Counted from the first letter of the stretch, positions 22,753 to 34,399 are shown. The stretch: DNA of 64,000 nt from Rebecca billardiae RCC1528 (GCA_965240325.2 OZ251228.1:1798001-1862000); one strand, 5' to 3'. The notes: generated from the sequence alone by a model not told the origin. Numbers and translations: made by a program.

Positions 22753-23564
22753 TAGTACCCCTCAAGTTTAAGCGTTCGCTTCGCTGGCTACGTGATTGCA
22801 CGCCCGCTCACGCCGTGACGAGCGCACCATGGCGGCTCTCTCGCTCGTGGCGCACGGTCGGGGAGCACTCGCGTCTGCGCAGACACACGGCTCGCCCGCA
22901 AGTGTGCTGTGTCGCGCACGCGCGCGCTCGCGCGGCCGGCCATCGCGCACAGACCTGACTGGTCTCACATGCACCAGCATGGTCGTGCACGCACAGCGCC
23001 GCTCCACGCACGCAATAAATTCGAGCGTGGTGCGCATGCACGTACACTCTGTGTCCCTGGTCCACACACAGCGTGTGAGCTCGTGCTTTGACCACGTGCA
23101 GGCGCACCACAGACTTTCGCGCAGCTGCCGCGCCGGGCCGTGCCAGCGGCTCGACAGGCTCAGCTCGTGGGCAGCGCTCGCTCAATTGCATGCTCCTGCC
23201 GCGCAGGGTGCCCAGCTTGCTGCGCTCGGTGTGTACTGGCGCGCTCGGACGGCACCCCGCGTACGCCTCGGGCCACGCGTGGGAGCCTAGCTCCACGCAC
23301 GGAGGACTCGCAGGCGCAGGCCGGCGGCTGCCTCACACGGCTTGGTCGGGAGGCCGCCGCGCGGCTACCGTCGAGCTCGCCGATCGGCTGCACCTACTTT
23401 CAGCGCACGCTACCGCCGCCTCGCGCACGACACGGCAAGGCTGAACACGTGACTGTGGGCGGGCATCAGCCCCAAGTACGCAGCCATCAGCACCACGGCC
23501 TTCACCTTCAGCGCCGACGATAGAGCCGCCGCTTGATTTTATCGCTTAAACTTGAGGGCCACTA
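22753..23564. repeat. Module A copy 3
   Basis: Copy 1 shifted by 5366. Confidence 0.9.
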
Positions 23565-25435
23565 AGTCGGAGGCTGCTGAAAACCCGCGTGAGACGTGAG
23601 CATCATCGTAGGTGGTGTCGACGAAGGTTCACTCTGACGCGCGCAGGCCGTTTCGACTCTGGCTGGCGCGCGCGCTATATGGCTAGGACGGATCGTGCCG
23701 GAGCGCTCGGAGTAGCCGGCTTCTCCCCGTTGCACGAGACTGTGCTGCTCCATTGGCAACATGACAGGGTTGTCATTCGTAAGCGTCAGTCAGGGACGTG
23801 ACATGTGATGACCATGGCCTAGGCCACTGAGGACGCAAGATCAAATCAGCCACAGGAGTTGTGACCTCGAGCGCGAGCGCGCGCGCTCGGCACGCCCCCC
23901 GCGCGTGTACCGCGTGCCCGAGCCGGCCCTTCAGATGCGCACGGCGCGCGCGCCGACTCGGCGCTTCTCGCTGGCTCTAGCCGCAGCCGCAGCTCTCCGT
24001 AGCCGTTGGTCGTGACACACCCAGCTCAGCTTGGTCAGATTCGAGCTCGAGCTCTCGCGCGCGCGACAGTAGAGGCGGGCCGCCGGTGCCATGTGTACGC
24101 TCATCGGGGCCGTACCTGGCGCTGGGCGCCGCGCCGGCGCGCGCGCGTGTGCGCACGCGCCGCAGCAGCCGTGTCGTTGCTTGAGCCGTGAGGCGCCGGC
24201 TGATCGGCAGGTCGGGAGGTCGTGAGATCTGAGCTGAGCCGAAACTCCGGCCGTGGCGGCGGCGCAGGATGAGCGCCGAGCGCGCGCGCGCGCCCTCGCG
24301 CTCGGCACGCCCTCCGCGCGTGTACCGCGTGCCCGAGCCCGCCCTTCAGATGCGCACGGCGCGCGCGCCGACTCGGCGCTTCTCGCTGGCTCTAGCCGCA
24401 GCTCTCCGTAGCCGTTTGCCGTGACACACCCAGCTCAGCTTGGTCAGATTCGAGCTCGAGCTCTCGCGCGCGCGACAGTAGAGGCGGGCCGCCGGTGCCA
24501 TGTATACGCTCACCGGGGCCGTACCTGGCGCTGCGCGCCGCGCCGGCGCGCCAGCTTGCGCGCACGCGCCGCAGCAGCCGTGTTGTTGCCTGAGCCGTGA
24601 GGCGCCGGCTGATCGGCAGGTCGTGAGGTCGTGTGAGCTGAGCTGAGCCAAAACTCTGGCCATGGTGGTGGCGCGCGGGCAGCTGTGACCTCAAGTGCGG
24701 GCGTGCACGCGCGTCGCACAGCCCTGCATCGACGTTACCGGCATCTGGCTCGGTGAAGTCCGTCCCAAACATATGAGCCCCAGCACCATCTCAATGGCTT
24801 GGCCGAGCCCGTCGTTCACGGAGAGGTCGTGGCGATCATAGGTCGCTGCCTCGATACGCACTGACCCTTCCTGTATGCCACGGCTAAGCTCAAGTTGGCC
24901 ATGATCGTCGGCGCCGCTGCTCGCTGTGCGCATGGTCGCACCGTGGGGCTCTCGGCCGCCGGCGGCGGTCGCCCTGCAGCCATGCACAAGCTGCTCGCCG
25001 ATTGGTCGGTTACAAGAATCTACGGTATGCACTTTTGAATCGCAGCCATCATCCGTCCAAGAGCTCCGGCGACGGCCGCGTGCGGCGCGGTGGCGGCCGC
25101 CTGGGCGACACAGCGCGCGCAGCACCCGGCGTTAGAGCGCAATCGACGCATACAACCTCGAAGAGGCAGCGCTAGTGGGTCGTACTATCGTGGTTTGCAG
25201 CCCTTCTCTCCATGCTCTGCGCATTGCCACCGCCGCGCGCCGCAACGCTTAAGCATCAGCGAACTCTCGCAAATCACTACGCGCATGGTCTCCTCCTCGC
25301 CCACCAGGGCCGAATGATCGGAGGTCGCGCTGTGGTGGAATACCGACCTAAATATTGTCGTGCGCGTGGTGCAGCCCGGGCGCCTCAGCGCCCCCCTGGC
25401 ACCAGCGCACCATTTACCTCTCTTTTATTACCACT

Positions 25436-26247
25436 TAGTACCCCTCAAGTTTAAGCGTTCGCTTCGCTGGCTACGTGATTGCACGCCCGCTCACGCCGTG
25501 ACGAGCGCACCATGGCGGCTCTCTCGCTCGTGGCGCACGGTCGGGGAGCACTCGCGTCTGCGCAGACACACGGCTCGCCCGCAAGTGTGCTGTGTCGCGC
25601 ACGCGCGCGCTCGCGCGGCCGGCCATCGCGCACAGACCTGACTGGTCTCACATGCACCAGCATGGTCGTGCACGCACAGCGCCGCTCCACGCACGCAATA
25701 AATTCGAGCGTGGTGCGCATGCACGTACACTCTGTGTCCCTGGTCCACACACAGCGTGTGAGCTCGTGCTTTGACCACGTGCAGGCGCACCACAGACTTT
25801 CGCGCAGCTGCCGCGCCGGGCCGTGCCAGCGGCTCGACAGGCTCAGCTCGTGGGCAGCGCTCGCTCAATTGCATGCTCCTGCCGCGCAGGGTGCCCAGCT
25901 TGCTGCGCTCGGTGTGTACTGGCGCGCTCGGACGGCACCCCGCGTACGCCTCGGGCCACGCGTGGGAGCCTAGCTCCACGCACGGAGGACTCGCAGGCGC
26001 AGGCCGGCGGCTGCCTCACACGGCTTGGTCGGGAGGCCGCCGCGCGGCTACCGTCGAGCTCGCCGATCGGCTGCACCTACTTTCAGCGCACGCTACCGCC
26101 GCCTCGCGCACGACACGGCAAGGCTGAACACGTGACTGTGGGCGGGCATCAGCCCCAAGTACGCAGCCATCAGCACCACGGCCTTCACCTTCAGCGCCGA
26201 CGATAGAGCCGCCGCTTGATTTTATCGCTTAAACTTGAGGGCCACTA
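25436..26247. repeat. Module A copy 4 (terminal)
   Basis: Copy 1 shifted by 8049. Identity stops exactly after ...GGGCCACTA. Confidence 0.9.
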
Positions 26248-26317
26248 TACATACGAGCAGTGTTCAAGTTCGTACGGGCTGACGGGACGCGGGTCGGAGC
26301 CACTGCGCAGGCGGGCG

Positions 26318-28063
26318 ATGGCGGACTCCGCCACGGTCCCCGAAGCCGCCGGCGGCTTCGGGGACACGTACGCCGCGCCGCACCGCGCGGCGGTACGTGC
26401 TGGCCGCGTGATCCTCCACGTCGACGTGGATGCTTTCTACGTCGAGGTGCTCCGCATCCGGCGGCCCGAGCTGGCAACTGTGCCGGTGGCCGTCACGCAG
26501 GGCAACGGCGGCGGCTTCGTCGCCGTCTCGTATGAGGCGAAGGCGGCGGGCGTGCGCAAGGGCGACGGTGTCGGCGCCGCCGGCCGCGCGGCCATCCCGC
26601 ACCTCGTCGCCATGCGCTCGCGCTCGGTCGAGGCGTGCCGCGCGCTCTGCCCCGGCCTTGTCGTTCTCCCGATGGACACTCGACTTTTCCGTGAGGCCTC
26701 GGCGCAGCTCCACGCCGCCATCGGCGCGCGCCTGGACGACGCGCTGCGGCATGCGCGCGCGGCATGCGCACCGGATGGCACCGGCGGGGGCGGTGCATGC
26801 GGCGGCGAGGACGGCCAACGCACCGCCGGCTCGGCAGCCGTGCCCCTCGAGCGGCGTTCGTACGACGACTTCTACGCCGACCTGACGGAGCTGTGCACCG
26901 GCGCGGCGGCGGCCGAGTCGGCAGGGCCGCCGCCACCGCCGCTGCCCGCTCGGTCGGTCGTGCTCGCGGCCCCGCCGCCGGCGGCTGCCGCGGACGGCGG
27001 TGGGGACGGTTGCAGCAGCGGCGAGGCTGGCCGCTCGGCAAGTGCCCCTTGTGACGGGGCCGCTTGGCGCGCCCTCGCCCCCGACCTGCGCCGCGCCGTC
27101 GCGGTGGCCGCGGCAGTGCGCGACGCGTTGCGCAGCGGCGCGGCCGCTGCGGCCACAGCCGCCACGGCCACGGCCGGTGGCTGCGGCGCGGCGGCTGCCG
27201 TCGCCGCCACCGCTGAAGGCAGCTGCGGCGTCGACAGCGCATCACGCGGCGGCGCGGCGGCCGCGGGCACGGGCCAAGGAGGCCCACCAAGCCTTGCCGC
27301 CGGCCTCTCCGTGTCGTGCGGCATCGGCCGATCCAAGTGGATGGCGCGGCTTGCCGTGCGCGCAGCGCCCAGGCCAGGAGGCATCGCCGCCGCCGCTGAC
27401 GATGCCGCCATCGCGATCGCGCGCGCCGCGCCGCTCGCTGCAGTGACGGGGCTGGGCGGCAAGCGTGGGCGCGAGCTGTGCTCCGCGCTGGGCGTGCAAA
27501 CTGTCGGCGACTTGCTCGGCGGCGGCGGCGGTGGCGGCGGCGGCGGCGGCGACGGCACCAGGGACGGTGGCGTCACCAGAGCCCGCCGGCGAGACCTGCT
27601 CTCGACCGTGGCGCAGCGCTGGGGAGGCCCGGCCGCGGCAGCGCTGCGCGCCGCGCTCGGCGCCTCGGGTGGTGGCGAGGTCAGACCCCACGGCCCGCGC
27701 GGCGAGCCGTGTGCCACGGCGCTCGCAGTGCCCGGGCGCGGCGCGACGGCCGGTGCGGCCGGCGGTGTGGCCGGTCGGACGGCGGCGCATGGCGCCGGCG
27801 CTGCTGGGAGCGGCAAGCCAGCGGCGTCGGTGTCCGTAGGCACCTCCTTCCCGCCGATGCGCGACGCCGGCGCCGCGGCTGCAGCGGTCCGGCAGCTGTC
27901 AGCCGCGCTGTGGGATAGGCTCGTCCAGGACACCGCGGCCGCCGCGCGCGCGGCGGCAGTCTCGTATGCGGCCGTGCCTCCGCAGGTGCGGCGTGGCGCG
28001 GGTGGCGGTACGGGTGTCGCGTCGGCCGCCGCCACCGCGCCGTGCGCGCCAGCGGCCATGGCG

Positions 28064-28094
<31 letters not shown>

Positions 28095-29218
28095 GCCGCG
28101 CTCGCCGCCTGGTGCTGACAGCACGCAACGGGTACGGCGGCGGCCATCATGGGACGGAGCCGGCGGCCGCCGGGGCGGCGGGCGGCGGCGGGCGCTTCGC
28201 GAGCGCGTCGGTGGCGCTTGATGCGCGGTGGCGGGGCGCGCTGGCGCGCGCGGCGGCATCGGCGGCGGGCGCGGCCCACGGCGACGGTAGTGGCAGCGGC
28301 GGCACCAACGGCGATGGCAACTGTGGTGTTGACGGCGACGGCGGCAGCGGCGGCGGCTGCGGCGACGGCGGCAGCTGCGGTGGCACGGGCGTGGCGTCCC
28401 TACGCGCAGCGGCGGGGCCGCTGCTCAGCTCGCTCGCTGGGCGCTTCGCGTGCGAGGCGGGCGGAGGTCTGCAGCTCACGCGCCTCACCCTGCGCATCGA
28501 CCTCAGCGGCGTCTCGAGCCCAGCCGCGCATCCGATGTCTGCCTTTGCGACCCCGGCTTGCGCGACGACCGATCACACGGCACAGCAGAGTCTGGAGGCG
28601 AGTGCTGGACTCAGTGCTGTACATCAAGGGCTCGACGTGGGCGAAGCCGCAGCGGCGCGCGGCGCTGCGGAGTCGGCTTGCGCCGCCCGGAGGGCGCTGT
28701 CTGCCGACGCCCACGCCGCCGCACTCGCTGCGGGCAGCAGCGCTCAGCCAGCAGAGGCGGGAGCACACGCTGCGGTTGGCGGCCCTGGCCCACCGCTGCG
28801 CACTGCTGCGCCTCAGCCGCGCACGCCGCCGCTGCCACGAGTACCACACGCGCCGCCGCCGCCGCCGCCAAGCGCACGGTATCAGCGGTATCAGCGGTAT
28901 GAGCCGTCCGAGCTTGACGAGGGCGTGCTGGCCGAGCTCCCGCCTGACGTGGTCGCCGAGCTTCGCGCCGAGCTGCGCGCGCTGCACCGCGTGTCCGGCG
29001 CGGCCGACCGCGCCGGCGCGACGCGCGCGCGCTCATCTGGCGATGTAGCTGTGGGCGGTACTGGTGGCACGCGTGGTCGCGGCGGCGGCTGCGGCGGTGC
29101 AAAGCGCGCGCGCACCAGTGCGTTCGAGGACCAGGAGCGGTCGTCGCAGCGCCGGATCGACACTTTCTTCAGCGCCGCCGCTTCGGCGGCAAGCGGCGGC
29201 CGGCAGCAGTCACAGTAG
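26318..29218 (+). CDS. Y-family translesion DNA polymerase (Pol iota-like) with UBM and C-terminal PIP box
   Basis: VILHVDVDAFYVEV, AVSYEAKAAGV, RRSYDDFYADLT, SVSCGIGRSKWMARLA, HhH motif VTGLGGK, UBM-like PSELDEGVLAELPPDVVAEL, PIP-like QRRIDTFF. First ATG at 26318. Confidence 0.88.
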
Positions 29219-29474
29219 TAATAACTATTCGCGTCGTCATTAGTGTCATCATCAGCAGTAGTCGTAACTGTAGCGCGGCTTATTAAATTATTATTAAATA
29301 TAATATATAATTTAATTAATTATTACTGCGGCTCGACCGTGCACGCAACAATGTTTGTATGTATTGACGTCAGCAATATATTGACGACGATGATGATGAG
29401 TCGCCTGCTGACCAAGACAGTGCTGTGAGAGCCTTGGCAGGTCCCCCGTTCACAGATTGCACCAGGCGGCACGG

Positions 29475-30010
29475 TCACCGGGTGAGTCTGCACTGTCGAT
29501 CAGCCGAAAGTCGTCGCGTCACCGGCGTGCGCCCTGAGCGCCCCCGTCCGAGGCGGTCCAACCGAAGCGTCCGTGGCAGAAAGCCCATCGGCGACAGTGT
29601 TGATGCGTGCCTGCACCTCTTTTGAAGCCGAGAGCGTGATGATGGCCCACCGCGCACGCTCACTTGCGCATCGCTGCAAGCTTACGCATCTCGACCGGTG
29701 CCGTGTTTGGCCGGGTCATCCCATCGCTGGCCGTCTGCGCTCGGCGCAGCGTCTGATATTGCGAGATTCCACTCGGCGTGGCGCGCAGGAGAGGCCCGCC
29801 GGCGTTTCCGCCGCCAACAGCGCCCCGCGAGAAGATGGGCCCGTTAATGCCCCGCGGGTGGTCGCGATCCTTGTGGATCTCATCGTAAAACAGCCGAAGT
29901 GAGACTCGCTCGTACGCGGTGTGGAACGTGCCCGAGGACGGTGCTGTGATCACGGGCGACGCGGTGGACGACGCCCGAGTCATGAGCGCCTGCTGCTGCT
30001 GTCGATCCAT
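29475..30010 (-). CDS. Small hypothetical protein (two exons inferred)
   Basis: MDRQQQQALM...RLFYDEIHKDRDHP...AAMRK, then AA|GTGAG donor and TGCAG|G acceptor continuing HASTLSPMGFLPR. No recognisable domain. Confidence 0.35.
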
Positions 30011-30491
30011 GGCGTCACCGCTCCACAGCACTTCGTGTCCCACGCGTGGACGAGATCGGGAATCGCCGGCCCGGGTTTTCGTCAGTGCAACGAGAGCCGA
30101 TCATCACTCGAACGACATGAATCCAGTGTAGTAGTAGGATCCATACACTGTAATATTATACTGTCCAATCGCTGATTAGACACTGCTCGAGAATCGAACA
30201 CTGGATCCTAGCTTGATGCTCATTAGCGGTAGCAATCCATCACCGAACAGGAATTTAGATCATGCGAGACCAATGGTTTAGCCGGTTTAGCCGGTGCAGC
30301 GATCTCTGATTCTCTGGTTGCTCAGTCCGGCTTGACCAAGGCTGTGCCGGTGATCAACACCGGTCGTGCCGCGTGCGCCAAGGTGCGCACCGCCCAGCAA
30401 GCCGCCACTTCCGAGAAATCGCGCTTTTACCACACAGGCTTTCGCACCGCCTGTCGGTCACCAGCACGTCCATTCCCCCGCGTCGCGCGTC

Positions 30492-31313
30492 ATGTACGAG
30501 GTCGTCATTCCGACGGGCGTCGCTCCCGGCCAGCAATTCCACGCGATCGTTGGCGACAAGACCATCACTCTGACGTGCCCGGATACCGCTGGCCCAGGCA
30601 GCGTCGTCCAATTCGACGTGCCGGCTCACGGCTCCGCGGAGACGGTGACGCTGAGCGACAAAGAATCGACCAAGCCGCTCCCCAACATCGTCGTGGCGCA
30701 ACCACCGCTGGGTGGCCCGCATGCGGGGCACCGGTGCTCGGCGACTTATGGCCGTAAGCGCAAGCACGGCGTCTGCTGCTTCGTGGGCGCTGCTTTGCTC
30801 GTCGTCTTCATCTTCGTGCACGCGTGCGGTGGCGAGAGGCACGGCCATTGGGACGGACACCACCGCCAATGGCCGCATGAGCATCACAAGGACCACATGG
30901 AGAAGGCCTGCAACTGCCCAGCCGGCAAGTGCGACCAGAGCGGTTGCGATCTCGCGGAATGCCTCGGTGGCGGCTGCGTGCAGACCGACGCGCTTGTGGC
31001 GCACTGCATGGGTGGCGAGTGCAACCAGATGCGCGCCGGCGAGGCCACGTGCACCGGCGGCGGGTGCAATCAGGCACTCACGTTGACCGCCAAGTGCCTC
31101 GGCGGCGGATGCAACCAAATCTGCGCGCGGACCTCTGCAAAGTGCTTTGGAGGCGACTGCGACCAGCGTGGCGCGCACGAGCCGCACTGCACTGGTGGAA
31201 GCTGCCAGCAGGGCGGGGCCAGCGGCGATTCTTCCTGTGTTGGCGGCGGCTGCACAGATGGGCACAAGATCGACTGTGACAACGATGATGGCCACGGCGA
31301 CGCCATGGCCTGA
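30492..31313 (+). CDS. Type II membrane protein with His-rich linker and eight CxGGxCxQ repeats
   Basis: N-terminal MYEVVIPTGVAPGQQF...CPDTAGPG module, TM segment GVCCFVGAALLVVFIFVHAC after RKRKH, then Cys repeats with a 15-16 aa period. Confidence 0.8.
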   Translation: MYEVVIPTGVAPGQQFHAIVGDKTITLTCPDTAGPGSVVQFDVPAHGSAETVTLSDKESTKPLPNIVVAQPPLGGPHAGHRCSATYGRKRKHGVCCFVGAALLVVFIFVHACGGERHGHWDGHHRQWPHEHHKDHMEKACNCPAGKCDQSGCDLAECLGGGCVQTDALVAHCMGGECNQMRAGEATCTGGGCNQALTLTAKCLGGGCNQICARTSAKCFGGDCDQRGAHEPHCTGGSCQQGGASGDSSCVGGGCTDGHKIDCDNDDGHGDAMA

Positions 31314-32965
31314 CGGAGAGAGAGCGCCACGAGTGCGTGCTGCTACATTGGCTACATTGGCTATTGCATACGCAAGGCACAGGCATATGCAGCAGTCGAA
31401 GCCGATTCAGGGGGGGCTTGCAAGCCGCGCGCGCGCCTCCCGGTGAGCCCACGCGGCCCCGCTTGTGTTACGACAATAATCCGTCGACAGTCGTCAATGG
31501 TCTTATCATGCCGCACCTCGTCAGTATCGTTGCGCGGAATAAATATAGCGCTGGCACAGCCGCTGAGCGTGATGTAGTATCGGCAACTTGACGTGCGTAC
31601 GTTTTTTCCGTGGGCCCCGCGCGCGGTCACTATCATACTAGCAGTGATAATGATATATTAGATTATGATGACGCACTGTGTCGCGAAACGTGCCTGACCG
31701 TGAGGCTGAGCTCAGTGCGGCGTGCAGTGACCACACTCAGACGGTGTAACTTCTGACTGTCACTGATGGGCTGATGACAGTCATTGGCAGCGGCGGTAGA
31801 GTACTACAGTCCAGTTACTCAGCTAGTGTCAGCATGCGCCGCCGCCCCGCCAGCGGCCTGAGCCTGAGGTCGCGCGACAGCACTGCGAAGCGCGGCCCGC
31901 ACACTCTGCTTGACAGCTTCGGAGTCACTCATTGAGTCGTGTGTGAGGGCGCTGCTCCGAGCGCGGGCCCCGTGCAGTGCGACGATTCGCGGGTATCGTC
32001 GACAGCCACTCGACAGGCAGTGCGGGCGGGGCGGGGCGGGCGACGCCGGCGTGGCCAAACCGCAGACAGTCTGGTCTGCAGTTGAACGGGCGGTCTGTTA
32101 CAGGCGGCCGCCTATCATTCTGGGCAGCGGCGACTTATTATTGTTGAGTTATTGCCGCCAGGAATTCCTCCGCCGCGAATAATATTCATTAATATGTCGT
32201 GAACGTTTACATATATGCTAGCTGACAGCCGATGTGACACTGACTAGCTGATAAAGGGCCCGGGGCCGGAGCCACTATATTCTATAAGTGTCAGGTTACC
32301 CAGATCGCGCGGAGTTAAAAACGCCCATCGTTTTGGTCAAAACTGGGCGCATCAACGTCTGCTATGGTCTTTCTGCCGGCGGATCGCGTGATGGCAAGAG
32401 GAGCACTGCAGCTGCGCCTTCTCCCCCGGGCGACCCGGCGCCAGCGGCGCGGCGCGCGCGCGGCTGCGACTCGGCGCTCGCGCTCGACCCGCCTACGACA
32501 GCCGCACCGGACTCGCTGCGCCCCTTGGCTCGCTTGCCCACCGAGCGCCGCGCGGACCTGGCATGCGGGCCGCGGGCCATGCCCAAGGTACCAATCATCA
32601 AATTTGTGCGACGCCGCTAGCGGCGAGGTTGGCACCGGCGACGAGTACGCGGAGTAGCCGATGGGTTCTTGAGACTTGACCTCCGCACGTCCCACGCGGA
32701 AGTCTAGAGCGCGTCGGAGCGGCCGGGGACCGCGACCTCGTCGCTGCCGCCGTCGCACAAATTCGCGCACGTCGGCCGTGGGCACGTCGCCGCACGATGG
32801 TGGCTGCCTGACAGTTATAGTGGCTTAACCCTTTATGGCGGGCCACGGCACGTGCTGGCGGCTTAAAGTCAAACGCCTCCGAAACTTGCTTGGCGCACGT
32901 GACGATGAGCGGCGCTGACGACTGCTTGTAGCAGGCAGCCTAGCTCGGCTCGATCTCGTTCTCCA

Positions 32966-34399
32966 TCATGGCCGTCTGTCACCGTGATGCCCGGAAAGCA
33001 CACGACGCGGGCGCGCGTGCACGTTGCCATCGCGTGCACGGCTCTCCTCAAACGCATGCCCACCGGCAGCCGCACGCGTGTGACGTTTGCTGCCTCGCTG
33101 CTTGGCAGACAGCGCCGTACCGTGTGTTTGCTGCGGGTGCGCAGCGGCGCCCTCGTCTAGCGCCAGGCGGCGCAACAGCGCCTCCTCTTCAGCTGCGTGA
33201 GCGTCCCTGCTCGTCTCGTCAGCCTCCACCCCCTTCGCGTCAGCTGGCAGAAGCGCATTGGCCAGACAGCCGGCGACGATGAGCGCGCCTCCGACAGCCT
33301 TGCTGCTGTCCAGGCTTTCGCCGAGCAGCAGGGCGGCAAAGCCGGCCGCCCAGAGCGGCTCGGTCGCCACGATGACGGACGAGTCCGTCGCGGGCAGCTT
33401 GGACAGCGCGCGCGTCTGCAGCAGCACCGTCAGCGCGGTGGAGACCAATCCCGTCCACAGGAGCCCGCCGAGCACGGGAGGCTCAGCGAGCGCGCTCAGG
33501 TCGAGTGCATCGGCACTGCCCATGGCAGCGTGGGCGCACCACGCGGCGGAGATGGCGGCATTGGAGACGAGCTGCAGTGCGGAGATCTGCAGCCCGTGCT
33601 CAGGGTACCGCGCGGCGAGCCGCTCGATGCGCAGGTACGAGGTACCGAACGCGATGGGCTGCAGCAAGGCGAGGGCCTCCGAGACTCCGGGCCCGCTGGC
33701 AGCGCCGCCGCCACCGCCAAGCTCGAGCACGCCCACGCCGGCGACGCAGAGCGCGGCTGAGAGCGCCAGGCGCGGCGTGAGCGCCTTGTCACCGAAAGCA
33801 CTCAGTGCGAGCGGCACGAACACGACCTGCAGCGAGGCGATGAACGCAACGACGCCCGCCTGCGCATCCTGGAGCGCCACCGCCTGTGCAATGTACCCGA
33901 GAGCGAGCCACGCGCCGCACTCGAGGCCGCCAGTGACGAGCTCGCGCGGGAGCGGGCCGTTGCGGAACAGCAGGGGCGACAGTGCAAACGCCGCAAGCCC
34001 GAATCGCAGCGCAGCCGCCGCCTCGGTCGGCAGGCCGCTCTCGATGAGCGCCTTGACCGCCGGGAAATTGGTGCCCCACAGCACCGCGACGACGAGCATC
34101 AGCAGGCTGCCCTCCAGCCGGGCACTGGGCCCCGCGCTCGTGGGAGGTTCGGAGGCGTGGTCGCCCGAGAGCATGCTGCCCGCCGCCGACTGGTGCGACG
34201 AAGCGCGCAGCGACTGCTCCGCATCCGCCACCGCCTCGGGGTCAACGCGCGCGCTCTTTGTTTGCGGGTCGGTAATGAGCATGTGCGCGCTGTGGCGCGG
34301 AAGAGAGGGTGGTGGCGAGCGCAGGGCGGGGCCGGCGCTGCGAATCGTTGGACTGTGCACTGCCAGCCCGCAAAGCGTCGCCCACGCGAGGAAGACCAT
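32966..34399 (-). CDS. EamA/DMT-family transporter, probably plastid-targeted; 3' end may be spliced further downstream
   Basis: VLWGTNFPAVK, ALRFGLAA, FIASLQVVFVP, LQTRAL, VIVATEPLWAA..LLGE. Hydrophobic plus Ser/Pro/Arg-rich leader from ATG 34399. Confidence 0.85.
   Translation of the reverse strand: MVFLAWATLCGLAVHSPTIRSAGPALRSPPPSLPRHSAHMLITDPQTKSARVDPEAVADAEQSLRASSHQSAAGSMLSGDHASEPPTSAGPSARLEGSLLMLVVAVLWGTNFPAVKALIESGLPTEAAAALRFGLAAFALSPLLFRNGPLPRELVTGGLECGAWLALGYIAQAVALQDAQAGVVAFIASLQVVFVPLALSAFGDKALTPRLALSAALCVAGVGVLELGGGGGAASGPGVSEALALLQPIAFGTSYLRIERLAARYPEHGLQISALQLVSNAAISAAWCAHAAMGSADALDLSALAEPPVLGGLLWTGLVSTALTVLLQTRALSKLPATDSSVIVATEPLWAAGFAALLLGESLDSSKAVGGALIVAGCLANALLPADAKGVEADETSRDAHAAEEEALLRRLALDEGAAAHPQQTHGTALSAKQRGSKRHTRAAAGGHAFEESRARDGNVHARPRRVLSGHHGDRRP

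Larger units (their letters stand above)
17387..26247. mobile_element. Tandemly amplified composite element A-B-A-B-A-B-A (unit 2683 bp), TA on both outer flanks
   Basis: The ORF track and sequence repeat with an exact 2683-bp period. The array starts and ends with complete A modules: TA|TAGTACCCC...GGGCCACTA|TA. No intact ORF is recognisable. Confidence 0.9.

Noticed and set aside
17402-26206. Short ORFs repeated within the array as real genes
   Set aside because: All are under 170 aa, Arg/Ala-rich, without domains, and expected by chance at this GC content.
17387-26247. rDNA, 5S, snRNA or tRNA tandem cluster, or CRISPR array
   Set aside because: No recognisable conserved RNA-gene motifs and no short repeat-spacer pattern. 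The context is eukaryotic.
26216-26317. N-terminal extension of the polymerase from the TTG at 26216
   Set aside because: It begins inside module A at a non-ATG codon. ATG 26318 is the plausible start.
32579-32620. Tiny ORF MPKVPIIKFVRRR resembling a KGD4/MRPS36 start
   Set aside because: Only 13 codons with no convincing second exon. The opposite strand looks more coding-like.
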